Shown here one piece after another: positions 9,956 to 18,985 of a DNA stretch of 64,000 bases (position 1 is its first letter; every line of letters begins with the position of its first letter). The DNA is from an uncultured Clostridia bacterium. Its GTDB lineage: Bacteria > Bacillota > Clostridia > Christensenellales > Borkfalkiaceae. The stretch spans positions 46,534-110,533 of the forward strand of contig CALVWV010000010.1 in NCBI GenBank assembly GCA_944368065.1, written 5' to 3'. The notes beneath the pieces are model-generated. The model was given only the letters and a program-made list of their open reading frames with translations. It ran no database searches and was not told the origin of the DNA. Position numbers and translations under genes: made by a program.

Positions 9956-11008
9956 ATGCTTATTGAAAGATCTGAAAAAATATTCAAAGATACGGGCGCG
10001 GACAAGCTTATTGTCACGGCTCCCGATTTAAGGTTTTATCTGACGGGCTTTGCCAGCTCTGACGGTTGCGTAGTAACAAATTCCGAAGGTACGACTTTTT
10101 ACACCGACGCGCGCTACCTCGAGGCGGCTTCCGCCGCTTTGAGCGGCACGGGCATAAAGGTTTGCCAGCCACCCAAAGGCGGTTACCTTTCGCTTGCGGA
10201 CGGAAGCAAAAAAGTTGCAGCTGCTCTCTCCCGCATGACGGCGGAAGAATACATCGCGCTTTCCGGAAAGGTAAGCGAAATAAGCGACTGCACTCCCGCA
10301 TTCGACAGCGCTATGGGCATAAAGGACGGGGACGAGCTCGCCCGCATTAAAAAGGCGTGCGAAATTGCCGATAAAGCTTTCATAGATACACTCGGCGCGT
10401 TCAAAGAGGGCATGACCGAAAACGAAGCGGCGGCGGAGCTTGAATACCGCATGCGCAAATTCGGCGCGAGCGGAACTTCGTTTGATACCATTATGGCGTT
10501 CGGCGAAGGGTCTTCCGTACCCCATCACGAAACGGGCAACCGCAAACTTAAATTCGGCGACATAATCCTCGTCGACTTCGGTTGCAAGTGGGGCGGTTAT
10601 TGCTCAGACTGCACGCGCACCTTCCTTTTCGGCGACGACAAGAAGCACGAAGAGTTCAAAAAAGCTTACGACTTTGTGCTTAAAGCCCATATGGCGGCAA
10701 AAGAACAGATAGTCTCTGGCATGAGCGGCAAAGATGCCGACGAAACGGCCCGCGCCGTATTGCGGCAGGCGGGACTGGACAAGTACTTCACCCATTCCTT
10801 AGGCCACGGCATAGGCATCAACATACACGAATTCCCCAGGCTTTCGCCCAGAAGTACGGATATACTTAAAAACGGAATGGTATTTTCTGACGAGCCCGGC
10901 GTATATTTTGAAGGCGACTTCGGTATCCGCATAGAGGACAGCGTAATGCTTGAAGGCGGAAAGGTTGTAAGCCTTACCAATACAGATAAAAAGCTTTTGA
11001 TACTTTAA
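9956..11008 (+). CDS. Xaa-Pro aminopeptidase (peptidase M24 family)
   Basis: M24 metal-binding motifs are present (DFGCKWGGYCSDCTRT, HSLGHGIGINIHE, GIRIED). The start at ATG 9956 is preferred over 9917, which would add a hydrophobic leader. Confidence 0.88.
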   Translation: MLIERSEKIFKDTGADKLIVTAPDLRFYLTGFASSDGCVVTNSEGTTFYTDARYLEAASAALSGTGIKVCQPPKGGYLSLADGSKKVAAALSRMTAEEYIALSGKVSEISDCTPAFDSAMGIKDGDELARIKKACEIADKAFIDTLGAFKEGMTENEAAAELEYRMRKFGASGTSFDTIMAFGEGSSVPHHETGNRKLKFGDIILVDFGCKWGGYCSDCTRTFLFGDDKKHEEFKKAYDFVLKAHMAAKEQIVSGMSGKDADETARAVLRQAGLDKYFTHSLGHGIGINIHEFPRLSPRSTDILKNGMVFSDEPGVYFEGDFGIRIEDSVMLEGGKVVSLTNTDKKLLIL

Positions 11009-11054
11009 AGCTTAAATTATAGTTATTTGCAAATTTTTCAAGGAGAATATTTAT

Positions 11055-11630
11055 ATGGCATCTATTATGGCGGGAGATATCCGCAAAGGTTCAACTTTCG
11101 AATACAACGGCAAGGGCGTATATACCGTAACGGAATTCCAGCACGTTAAGCCCGGCAAAGGCGCGGCTTTCGTAAGGGCAACGCTCAAGAACGTAGTAAC
11201 GGGACAGGTTCTTTCAGACGTAACTTTCAACCCCACGGCAAAGCTTGAAACTGCTCAGGTTGAAACGCGCAAAATGACCTATTCCTACACCGATGGCGAA
11301 TTCTATTACTTCATGGATCCCGACACGTTCGAGATGATTACTTTGAATCTCAGCCAGGTAGAGGAAGCGCTTAAGTACATCAAAGAAAACGACATGGTTA
11401 CCATGAAGTTCTTAAGCGGCACCGCATTCTCCGTAGAGCCTGAAAACTTTGTAGAGCTCAAGATAATCGAGTGCGAGCCGGGCGTAAAGGGCAACACTGC
11501 GACCAACGCAATGAAGAACGCCAAAGTTGAAACGGGCGCAACGATAAAAGTACCCATGTTCGTTGAAGAGGGCGAAGTTATCCGCATCGATACGCGCACG
11601 GGCGAGTATATGTCCCGCGTAGGCAAGTAA
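11055..11630 (+). CDS. efp: Elongation factor P
   Basis: 191 aa with AAGGAG upstream. EF-P pattern ..[21 protein letters not shown].. The ATG at 11067 is an alternative start. Confidence 0.96.
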   Translation: MASIMAGDIRKGSTFEYNGKGVYTVTEFQHVKPGKGAAFVRATLKNVVTGQVLSDVTFNPTAKLETAQVETRKMTYSYTDGEFYYFMDPDTFEMITLNLSQVEEALKYIKENDMVTMKFLSGTAFSVEPENFVELKIIECEPGVKGNTATNAMKNAKVETGATIKVPMFVEEGEVIRIDTRTGEYMSRVGK

Positions 11631-11636
11631 TTTCGT

Positions 11637-12074
11637 ATGAAGGCGGTCATTCAGCGGGTTAAGCGCACGTCGCTTTCTGTAGATGGGCGTCTTGTATCAG
11701 AAATACCCTTCGGGCTTGCCGTATATCTCGGCGTAAAGTCGGGCGACACAGACGCTATGCCTGCGGCTATGGCAAAAAAGATAGCCGCGCTCCGCATTTT
11801 TGAAGACGGTAACGGCAAAATGAATTTGTCCGTAAAAGATGTCGGCGGCGAGGTGTTGCTCATTTCCCAGTTCACGCTTTTGGGCGACTGTTCGCACGGC
11901 AACCGTCCCAGTTTCATACTGGCGGAGCGCCCCGAACGCGCCAACGCGCTTTATGAAAGCACTGCAAAGGAGCTTAAAGCCCTCGGTGTGCCCGTAAAGA
12001 CTGGCATATTCGGCGCCGATATGAAGATAGAGCAGTTCAACGACGGGCCCGTCACTATAATTTACGAAATCTGA
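11637..12074 (+). CDS. dtd: D-aminoacyl-tRNA deacylase
   Basis: 145 aa with MKAVIQRV.. and the SQFTLLGD motif typical of Dtd. Confidence 0.95.
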   Translation: MKAVIQRVKRTSLSVDGRLVSEIPFGLAVYLGVKSGDTDAMPAAMAKKIAALRIFEDGNGKMNLSVKDVGGEVLLISQFTLLGDCSHGNRPSFILAERPERANALYESTAKELKALGVPVKTGIFGADMKIEQFNDGPVTIIYEI

Positions 12075-12131
12075 AATCAATGCAGGGCGGATATTACGCC
12101 CTGTTTTGTTTTAATCTGTATACTTTTGCTT

Positions 12132-12968
12132 ATGGAAATAAAATATCTCGGTACAGCCGCGGCGGAAGGCGTGCCCGCAATGTTCTGCAAATGCCCCGTG
12201 TGCGAAAATATACGCGCAATCGGCGGCAAAGAATTAAGAACGCGCACGCAGATTTTAATTGACGGCGAACTCAGCATAGATTTCCCGCCCGAAGCGTATG
12301 TTCACTCGTTTAAATACGGCTTTGACTGCGCTGACATAAAATACCTTTTAGTCACGCATTCGCATATGGACCATTTTTACGCGCACGACTTTATCCTGCG
12401 CGGGTATCGCTATGCGGAAGGCTTTTCTGCGCCGCTCGAAATTTACGGCAACAGCGAAGTTGCGGCAGTTTTTTCCGAATGTACTGCAAGGGAGATGAAG
12501 CCGTCGGTCGCTCCTAACATAAAAATGCACGTGATAAAGCCTTACAGCCGCCTTGAAATCGGCGGATACAAAGTGCTTACGCTCCCCGCAAACCATTCAA
12601 AGACGGAAGAGGCAATGCTTTTTTATATAGAAAAGGGCGGCAAGGGCTATCTGCATATGCACGATACCAGCATTCCAGAAGATGGCATTTACGGATTTTT
12701 AAAATCAAACGGCGCGCGCGCATGCGTTGTCAGCTTCGACTGCACGTATGCCGACCGCACGGGCATATCCCGACCGAGGCATATGAATATCGAAGATTGC
12801 ATGTCGGTAAAGCAAAAGCTTGTATCCTTTGGCGTCTGCGGCGAAGATACAAAGTATGTAATCACACACTTTTCGCATAACTGTAACCCGCTCACTTCAA
12901 GGCTTGCCGAAATTGAAAAGAAGTTTTCCTTAAAGGCCGCATACGACGGAATGAATATTATTGTTTAA
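12132..12968 (+). CDS. MBL-fold metallo-hydrolase
   Basis: HSHMDH (HxHxDH) motif. Begins MEIKYLGTAAAEG at ATG 12132; the track start 12126 is a TTG two codons upstream. Confidence 0.8.
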   Translation: MEIKYLGTAAAEGVPAMFCKCPVCENIRAIGGKELRTRTQILIDGELSIDFPPEAYVHSFKYGFDCADIKYLLVTHSHMDHFYAHDFILRGYRYAEGFSAPLEIYGNSEVAAVFSECTAREMKPSVAPNIKMHVIKPYSRLEIGGYKVLTLPANHSKTEEAMLFYIEKGGKGYLHMHDTSIPEDGIYGFLKSNGARACVVSFDCTYADRTGISRPRHMNIEDCMSVKQKLVSFGVCGEDTKYVITHFSHNCNPLTSRLAEIEKKFSLKAAYDGMNIIV

Positions 12969-12977
12969 GGTGACTGT

Positions 12978-13562
12978 ATGCATATAATAAAGCACTTTAT
13001 AACCATAACGCGCCACCGCATGAAGGTGTGCGGCTATTGCTTCCGCGCGGGGCTTATCTGGCAGGGGCTTGTGCACGACCTTTCAAAGTACAGCCCGTCT
13101 GAATTTATTGCGGGCGCACGTTTTTATCAGGGCAATATGAGCCCGCAGGTAAAGGAGAGGGTGGTTTTAGGCTACTCCGCGGCGTGGCTTCACCATAAGG
13201 GGCGCAACAAGCACCACTTTGAGTACTGGCGCGACGTGGATAAAACGGGCAAAAACGCACCTGTAAAAATGCCCGCAAAGTACTTTGGCGAAATGATATG
13301 CGACCGCGTCGCCGCAAGCAGGATTTATCTCGGCAAAAATTATACCCAAAGGAGCGCGCTCGAATATTTTGAGCGCCGCACCGACGTAAGCTATATGCAT
13401 CCCGAAACGGCGGCGGAGCTTAAAAGATTTCTTACACTCATTGCTGAAAAAGGCGAAAAGGCGGCCTTTGCCGAGCTTAAAAGCTATATAAAGACGGAAA
13501 GCAAAAAGGAAAAGGCTGAAGTAAAGCAAAAGATAAGACTGTATAATAAGTCTGAAATATAA
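12978..13562 (+). CDS. DUF5662-like protein
   Basis: 194 aa. The pattern HDLSKYSP..GYSAAWLHHKGRNKHHFEYW matches my memory of the DUF5662 family. Function is unknown. Confidence 0.65.
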   Translation: MHIIKHFITITRHRMKVCGYCFRAGLIWQGLVHDLSKYSPSEFIAGARFYQGNMSPQVKERVVLGYSAAWLHHKGRNKHHFEYWRDVDKTGKNAPVKMPAKYFGEMICDRVAASRIYLGKNYTQRSALEYFERRTDVSYMHPETAAELKRFLTLIAEKGEKAAFAELKSYIKTESKKEKAEVKQKIRLYNKSEI

Positions 13563-13625
13563 AAATGTGCGCCGCGCGGCTTTAAGCCGCCGCGGCGCAC
13601 ATTTTATCAATCTTATCTGATTATT

Positions 13626-14678
13626 TTAAGCAGTCCTGAATTTAAGCGTTTCGTCGCCCGTATAAATCCCGCAGATAAAATCTGCAAGACTTTCGGTATT
13701 AATGTCGCGGTATTCTTCGCTAGGGTAAAACAGAATGCCGTCAAGCCCTGCAAAGTCGGGGTTCACGTCGTCGCGCAGGCAGTAAACAAAAGCCAGTATA
13801 TAGCCATCGTTTTCAAGGTCTGCAATTCCCAGCCAGTACTCTTTTACAATTCCGCCGTCCACTTCCAGAATATATCTGTCGGCGGAAGGGTAGGGGAAGT
13901 CCGCATGTTCGCCTTTGTCCATGGCATACGGTTGTTCCTTGACGTATTTTGCATCGGGTATGTACTCAAAAAATTTTCTGATATCTTCGGATAAATTGTT
14001 CTGCGCACGCTTGCAGAATTGTCGTGCAAGTAAATCCGCGTCGTTTGCGGTAAAACTTTCGTAAACAGCGGCAGTGTACTGCGATATAATTTCCTGCTGC
14101 GTTTCGCGGTAAAACTTTTCGCCTTCCATGTACAGCCCGAATTGCATGGGTTCGCAGCAGCTGTGCTCAGTTCCGTCTGCTTCCGTAACATTTTCAGGCA
14201 TCAGGTCGTACATTTTGCTTTCGCCAAAATACATGAAGCAAATGCCTTCGTAATTTTCGTCATAATCGTTTACAGGATACCACGCCACAGTCATATTCAC
14301 AGAGCGCGTTCTGGTGCTGAGCGTAAGGTCAAAAGTAAGGTAGCGGCTGTGCGTCCCATAATCCCACGATGCTTCGTCCGCCCCCGCATCGTATGTAAAT
14401 GAAGTAATCTCTTCATTTACAAAATCAAAAAGGTTGTCAAGTTTCCGGTCAAAATCGCTTAAGTAATTTACTGCGTAAAAACTGAACTTGTCCTTCACGG
14501 CGCTTTTATTGCGCGAGTTTAAACTTTCAATAAGTTCATTTGTCAAGTCGGTATCAAGGTCGCGCCTGTTTTCGTAAAACGGGTCAGGGCTTATAAGCGT
14601 ATCAAGCACAGAGCAGCCGCCAAGTAACGGCAAAGCCAACGCCGCCGCGGCGCATGCAATTAGTTTTTTAATGTTCAT
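13626..14678 (-). CDS. Putative lipoprotein with two related internal halves (DUF5104-like)
   Basis: Signal peptide plus lipobox (LPLLGGC). 350 aa. The family assignment is from memory only. Confidence 0.65.
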   Translation of the reverse strand: MNIKKLIACAAAALALPLLGGCSVLDTLISPDPFYENRRDLDTDLTNELIESLNSRNKSAVKDKFSFYAVNYLSDFDRKLDNLFDFVNEEITSFTYDAGADEASWDYGTHSRYLTFDLTLSTRTRSVNMTVAWYPVNDYDENYEGICFMYFGESKMYDLMPENVTEADGTEHSCCEPMQFGLYMEGEKFYRETQQEIISQYTAAVYESFTANDADLLARQFCKRAQNNLSEDIRKFFEYIPDAKYVKEQPYAMDKGEHADFPYPSADRYILEVDGGIVKEYWLGIADLENDGYILAFVYCLRDDVNPDFAGLDGILFYPSEEYRDINTESLADFICGIYTGDETLKFRTA

Positions 14679-14795
14679 ATATGTAACCTTAAGTTTATTA
14701 TATTATATCTGTTTGCAAATTCAAAGTCAACATCGCAAAAAATTTAAAATCAGTACTTTTCAGTTATAAAAAGCCGTAAACATATATAAAATTGC

Positions 14796-14825
14796 TTGTG
14801 CTGAAAGCGCTTTATCTGTTATAAT
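14796..14825 (+). promoter_or_regulatory. Putative sigma-A promoter for tRNA-Ala (TTGTGC-18 nt-TGtTATAAT)
   Basis: Extended -10 (TGnTATAAT) ends 10 nt before the mature tRNA 5' end. Confidence 0.5.
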
Positions 14826-14835
14826 AATCAGCGAC

Positions 14836-14911
14836 GGGGTATTAGCTCAGTTGGTAGAGCGCTACACTGGCAGTGTAGAGGTCAGCGGTTCGAATCCGCT
14901 ATGCTCCACCA
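14836..14911 (+). tRNA. tRNA-Ala (anticodon GGC)
   Basis: Hand-folded cloverleaf. Acceptor GGGGTAT/ATGCTCC with the G3:U70 Ala identity pair. Anticodon loop CTGGCAG, T-loop TTCGAAT, encoded CCA. Confidence 0.93.
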
Positions 14912-14916
14912 AAAAA

Positions 14917-14955
14917 GGCGCCGCCACAGCTTGGTTGCTGTGGCGGCGCCTTTTT
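14917..14955 (+). terminator. Rho-independent terminator after tRNA-Ala
   Basis: 14-bp GC-rich stem (ggcgccgccacagc/gctgtggcggcgcc) followed by TTTTT. Confidence 0.85.
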
Positions 14956-14960
14956 GTCGG

Positions 14961-14983
14961 GCATAGCGGTAAACAGAAACGCC
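14961..14983 (+). repeat. 23-nt direct repeat, copy 1 (gcatagcggtaaacagaaacgcc); its first 9 nt are antisense to the tRNA-Ala 3' end
   Basis: Exact match to 15094..15116. gcatagcgg is the reverse complement of ccgctatgc in the tRNA T-stem/acceptor. Confidence 0.9.
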
Positions 14984-15093
14984 TCGTTCGGGCTTCGGCA
15001 AAAGCCGAGCCCTGCCGAGGGTTCCCGCAAGCGGGAAACGGCAGTACCGCTAAAAGAGAACAGATTTCTGCATCGCTTTTTTTGCGCGGTGGA

Positions 15094-15116
15094 GCATAGC
15101 GGTAAACAGAAACGCC
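15094..15116 (+). repeat. 23-nt direct repeat, copy 2; with flanking bases (15088..15102) it forms a 15-nt perfect antisense copy of the tRNA-Ala 3' end
   Basis: ggtggagcatagcgg is the reverse complement of ccgctatgctccacc (14896..14910). Confidence 0.9.
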
Positions 15117-15291
15117 ACGCTAATGCAGTGCGTTGATTTCGCCGCGTTGTTAACTATATTCATAATTTTGTTAGTTACTGTATTTTATATAATTTTTGCA
15201 AAATTTTCGCTGAAAATTGACAAAGCAATAAAATAAGCTATAATGAAAATGCACGAACGGAATGCCAGTAAAAAAGTAAGGGTGGAATGAA

Positions 15292-16368
15292 TTGTTTCAG
15301 ATATTCTTGACGGCGGTCAACGCAATTTTGCCTATAGTCCTGCTTATAGTTCTTGGCTACATTTTAAAACGTATAGGCTTTCTCACGCGCGAATTTTTAA
15401 AAATAGGCAACAAACTTGTATTCAATGTCTGCCTGCCTTGCATGCTGTTCATCAATATCTACGATATACAGGACATTACTGCCGTAAACTGGGGACTTGT
15501 AATTTTCTGCGTGGCAATGGTCTTTATCATCTTCGGCATAGGTCTTGTGGTAAGTATCCTTGTAACAAAGGATAACCGCCGCCGCGGAGTAATACTGCAG
15601 TGTTGCTATCGCAGTAACTTTGCCATAATAGGCATGTCGCTGGCGTCGTCTCTCGCAGGAGCGGGGCAGGAAGCCGCCGTAGACGGAGTAGTTTCCATAA
15701 TACAGGCATTCACGATTCCGATATTCAATATACTTGCTGTAATTTCGCTTTCCGTATTCGTCGGAAAGGGACAGCCACAGCTTAATGAAGAAGGCATGCT
15801 TGTAAAACCTGCTTCGTCGCATACAGATATCAGAAAAATTCTACTGAATATCGTAAAGAATCCGCTTATTATCGGCATAGTCACAGGCCTTGTGTTTGTA
15901 GGCTTAAGATATGCAGAAATTGCAATCTGGGGCGATCCCGCACCTTTTACCGTAAAAGAAGACCTGACTTTTGTATATACAACGCTTTCCGACCTCAAGC
16001 AGGTAACAACTCCGCTCGCATTGATAGTGCTCGGCGGTCAGTTTGAATTTTCTGCAATAAAAGGCATGTCGCGCGAAATAATTACAGGTACTGTTTTCCG
16101 CATAGTCATAGCGCCTTTGCTCGGAATAGGCTGCGCGGTAATACTGAGCGAATTTACTCCGCTTTTAAATTTCGGCAGCACGGAATATCCGGCAATAATA
16201 GCTCTGTTCGGTACGCCCGTAGCGGTATCCAGCGCGATAATGGCGGGGGAGATGAACAACGACGAACAGCTTGCAGGACAGCTCGTCGTGTGGACGAGCG
16301 TATGCTCGATAGTTACATTGTTCATGGCGGTATTCCTTCTAATGTCGTTCGGACTTCTTGCGGTCTGA
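15292..16368 (+). CDS. AEC (auxin efflux carrier) family transporter
   Basis: 358-aa polytopic membrane protein with a TTG start. It is a close paralogue of the next gene. Confidence 0.85.
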   Translation: MFQIFLTAVNAILPIVLLIVLGYILKRIGFLTREFLKIGNKLVFNVCLPCMLFINIYDIQDITAVNWGLVIFCVAMVFIIFGIGLVVSILVTKDNRRRGVILQCCYRSNFAIIGMSLASSLAGAGQEAAVDGVVSIIQAFTIPIFNILAVISLSVFVGKGQPQLNEEGMLVKPASSHTDIRKILLNIVKNPLIIGIVTGLVFVGLRYAEIAIWGDPAPFTVKEDLTFVYTTLSDLKQVTTPLALIVLGGQFEFSAIKGMSREIITGTVFRIVIAPLLGIGCAVILSEFTPLLNFGSTEYPAIIALFGTPVAVSSAIMAGEMNNDEQLAGQLVVWTSVCSIVTLFMAVFLLMSFGLLAV

Positions 16369-16522
16369 AAAAGCAGATAAAAACTTTTAAAACGAAGCGC
16401 CACGGCGCTTATAAATATAATCAGAATAAGGGATAAACGGCGCGATAGTTGCGGCATATATGCCGCTCAATTCAATTTCTACTGCGGCGCGCCGCGGAAA
16501 TGAGAGAAAGGCAAAATAAGTT

Positions 16523-17617
16523 ATGTTCACCATTTTCATGACGGCAATCAACGCCGTCGTACCCATCGTGGCGCTGATTGCTCTAGGCTATTTTTTAAAG
16601 CGCATCGGCTTTCTCACGAAGAACTTCCTTGAAATAGGCAACAAACTCGTATTCGACGTAGCTCTGCCCTGCATGCTGTTTATCAACATATACAACATAC
16701 AGGATCTGTCTCAGATAAACTGGGGACTTGTCATTTTCTCGGTAATAGCAATACTCATTCTTTTCGGATTCGGCTGGGTAACTGCAATATTAACCACAAA
16801 AGATCCCCGTCGCCGCGGTCCCGTGTTCCAGTGCACGTTTTTAAGTAACTTTGCGATAATCGGCATATCCCTTGCAGAAGCGCTTGCAGGCACGGCGGAG
16901 GGAGCGGTAGATATCGTCAACGGCGTGGTTGCCATAATTCAGGCTTTCACCGTGCCCATATTCAATATACTCGCCGTAATTTCCCTTTCAGTATTCCACG
17001 CGCCCGCAACGGCTAACGGCCAGCCTGTTGACGAAAACGGACTTATAGCCGTTCCCGGAAGGCAGAAGATAAACATAAAGCGCGTTGTCCTCAATATCGT
17101 GGAAAATCCTATGATAATAGGTATCGCGCTCGGCCTTATTTTCCTCGGCTTAAGATATGCCGAAGTTGCAATCTGGGGCAATCCCGCGCCTTTTACAATA
17201 AAGGAAGACCTTACGTTCGTCTATACAATACTCGACGATCTCCGCGTTATTGCAACTCCTCTTGCGCTGATAGTGCTCGGCGGTCAGTTTGAATTCTCCG
17301 CAGTAAAGGGCATGACAAAGGAAATTATAGTCGCAACTGTATTCCGCGACCTTGTAGCGCCCATTCTCGGCGTAGGTTGCGCAGTGCTTTTAAGCGAGTT
17401 CACGCCCCTTCTCGACTTCGGTCAGACGGAATATCCCGCGCTCATAACGCTGTTCGGTACGCCTGTCGCGGTATCCAGCGCTATCATGGCGGGTTCTATC
17501 GGCGACAACGACGAACAACTCGCGGGTCAGCTCGTCGTCTGGACGAGCGTCGCCTCGGTATTCACTCTGTTTGCAATAGTATTTGTTCTGATGTCCATGG
17601 GACTTTTAGCCGTCTGA
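16523..17617 (+). CDS. AEC family transporter (tandem paralogue)
   Basis: 364 aa, colinear with the previous CDS along its whole length (MF.IF.TA.NA..PIV.LI.LGY.LKRIGFLT..). Confidence 0.85.
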   Translation: MFTIFMTAINAVVPIVALIALGYFLKRIGFLTKNFLEIGNKLVFDVALPCMLFINIYNIQDLSQINWGLVIFSVIAILILFGFGWVTAILTTKDPRRRGPVFQCTFLSNFAIIGISLAEALAGTAEGAVDIVNGVVAIIQAFTVPIFNILAVISLSVFHAPATANGQPVDENGLIAVPGRQKINIKRVVLNIVENPMIIGIALGLIFLGLRYAEVAIWGNPAPFTIKEDLTFVYTILDDLRVIATPLALIVLGGQFEFSAVKGMTKEIIVATVFRDLVAPILGVGCAVLLSEFTPLLDFGQTEYPALITLFGTPVAVSSAIMAGSIGDNDEQLAGQLVVWTSVASVFTLFAIVFVLMSMGLLAV

Positions 17618-17645
17618 AAAAGAATATGAAAATGTAATAATTTAT

Positions 17646-17678
17646 GCGGGCGCAGCTTTCGGCTGCGCCCGCATTTTA
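17646..17678. terminator. Rho-independent terminator between convergent genes
   Basis: gcgggcgcagc/gctgcgcccgc stem, T-rich on the plus side. Confidence 0.8.
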
Positions 17679-17738
17679 TCTTTATATAATAATTTAAATC
17701 TGATATATATGCAGTGCAAATATAAAAATTGCAATGTT

Positions 17739-18509
17739 TTAACCGATTTCTGCCTTTATGCGTTTAAGCGCATTTTTTTCCAGCCTTGAAACCTGCGCCT
17801 GCGAAATTCCCACCTGACCTGAAATTTCTGTCTGCGTTTTCCCCTCGAAATATCTTAAATAAAGAATGTGCTTTTCGCGCGAGTCAAGCTTCTGCATGGC
17901 TTCGTAAAGCGCGGCTTTTTCCGTCCAGGCTTCGTCGTTGTTTTTCTCGTCAAAAATCTGGTCCATCAGCAGCAGAGTATCTCCCGCTTTGTTGTAGACG
18001 GGGTCGTAAAGGGAGATGGGGTCGGAAATTGCGTCAAGCGCGTAAGCCACTTCGGAAACGGCAATATTCATCTGCTTAGCTATTTTATCGTAAGTCACGC
18101 CGTCTTCTTTTTCTTCAAGCTCTTCGCGGACTTTGAGAATGCGGTACGCCGTGTCGCGTATGGAGCGCGATACGCGCAGGGAATTGCCGTCGCGTATAAA
18201 TCTTTTTATTTCGCCGAGTATCATGGGTACTGCATATGTGGAAAATTTGACTCCGACTGAAAGGTCAAAGTTATCTATAGCTTTTATGAGCCCCACACAG
18301 CCCGCCTGGAACACGTCGTCGGCGTTGGAGTTTTTCGACCAGAACCTTTTGACCAGCGAAAGAACGAGCCGCATATTGCCTACGATAAACTTTTCGCGCG
18401 CCTGATTGTCGCCCGCTTTGAGTTTTACCATAAGTTCGGTCTGCTCTTTTGCCGAAAGAAGCGGAAGTCCCGCCGTGTTTACGCCGCAGATATTAACTTT
18501 TTGCATCAT
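17739..18509 (-). CDS. sigG: RNA polymerase sporulation sigma factor SigG
   Basis: N-terminal ..VNICGVNTAGLPLLS.., then FSTYAVPMILGEIKRFIRD and ISQAQVSRLEK, closely follow B. subtilis SigG. GGAGGTG sits upstream of the ATG at 18509. The track start 18542 is too long. Confidence 0.9.
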   Translation of the reverse strand: MMQKVNICGVNTAGLPLLSAKEQTELMVKLKAGDNQAREKFIVGNMRLVLSLVKRFWSKNSNADDVFQAGCVGLIKAIDNFDLSVGVKFSTYAVPMILGEIKRFIRDGNSLRVSRSIRDTAYRILKVREELEEKEDGVTYDKIAKQMNIAVSEVAYALDAISDPISLYDPVYNKAGDTLLLMDQIFDEKNNDEAWTEKAALYEAMQKLDSREKHILYLRYFEGKTQTEISGQVGISQAQVSRLEKNALKRIKAEIG

Positions 18510-18689
18510 ACAGACACCTCCGTATATGTAAATTTCAGCCAATTTACGGGGTACTATGCTTTAAGTATGCTCAACACGGATTTTTTTATGCGCTGTGCGA
18601 AAATTTTTGCTTGCGTGCGTTTGGCCGCCATGCCCATATAGCGTGCAACGGCGGGAATTAATGCTTATGCTCCACCTTCTAAGCGGATA

Positions 18690-18719
18690 TTGACAAAATT
18701 ATGCCGCAGATGTTATAAT
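18690..18719 (+). promoter_or_regulatory. Putative sigma-A promoter (TTGACA-18 nt-TGtTATAAT)
   Basis: Consensus -35 and extended -10, upstream of the CDS at 18986. Confidence 0.5.
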
Positions 18720-18985
18720 CGGAATATAATACTTATAATCAGTCGCATTGTCTGATTTTGGGTATGTCGCGTCGGACGGCAACAGATAATATACGCGCCT
18801 TAAAAGTTGTATAATAAAGCATGGAGCTGTCCATAATTTTAAGCGGCTTGCATTTTATTTCCGGCGCCGTCGGCTCTTAAGCGGGGCTGGAAAATTTTTG
18901 TGAGGAATTTTTTTAAATTATCTTTGCAAAGCCGCCATTTTAATGATATAATAAAATTGTCAAATGTTTCGGAGGTCTTAAGAAT

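Noticed and set aside
14851-15136. ORFs of 82 and 60 aa overlapping tRNA-Ala and its downstream repeats.
   Set aside because: They start inside the tRNA gene, cross a terminator and have no ribosome-binding site. The region is better explained as structured non-coding DNA or RNA.
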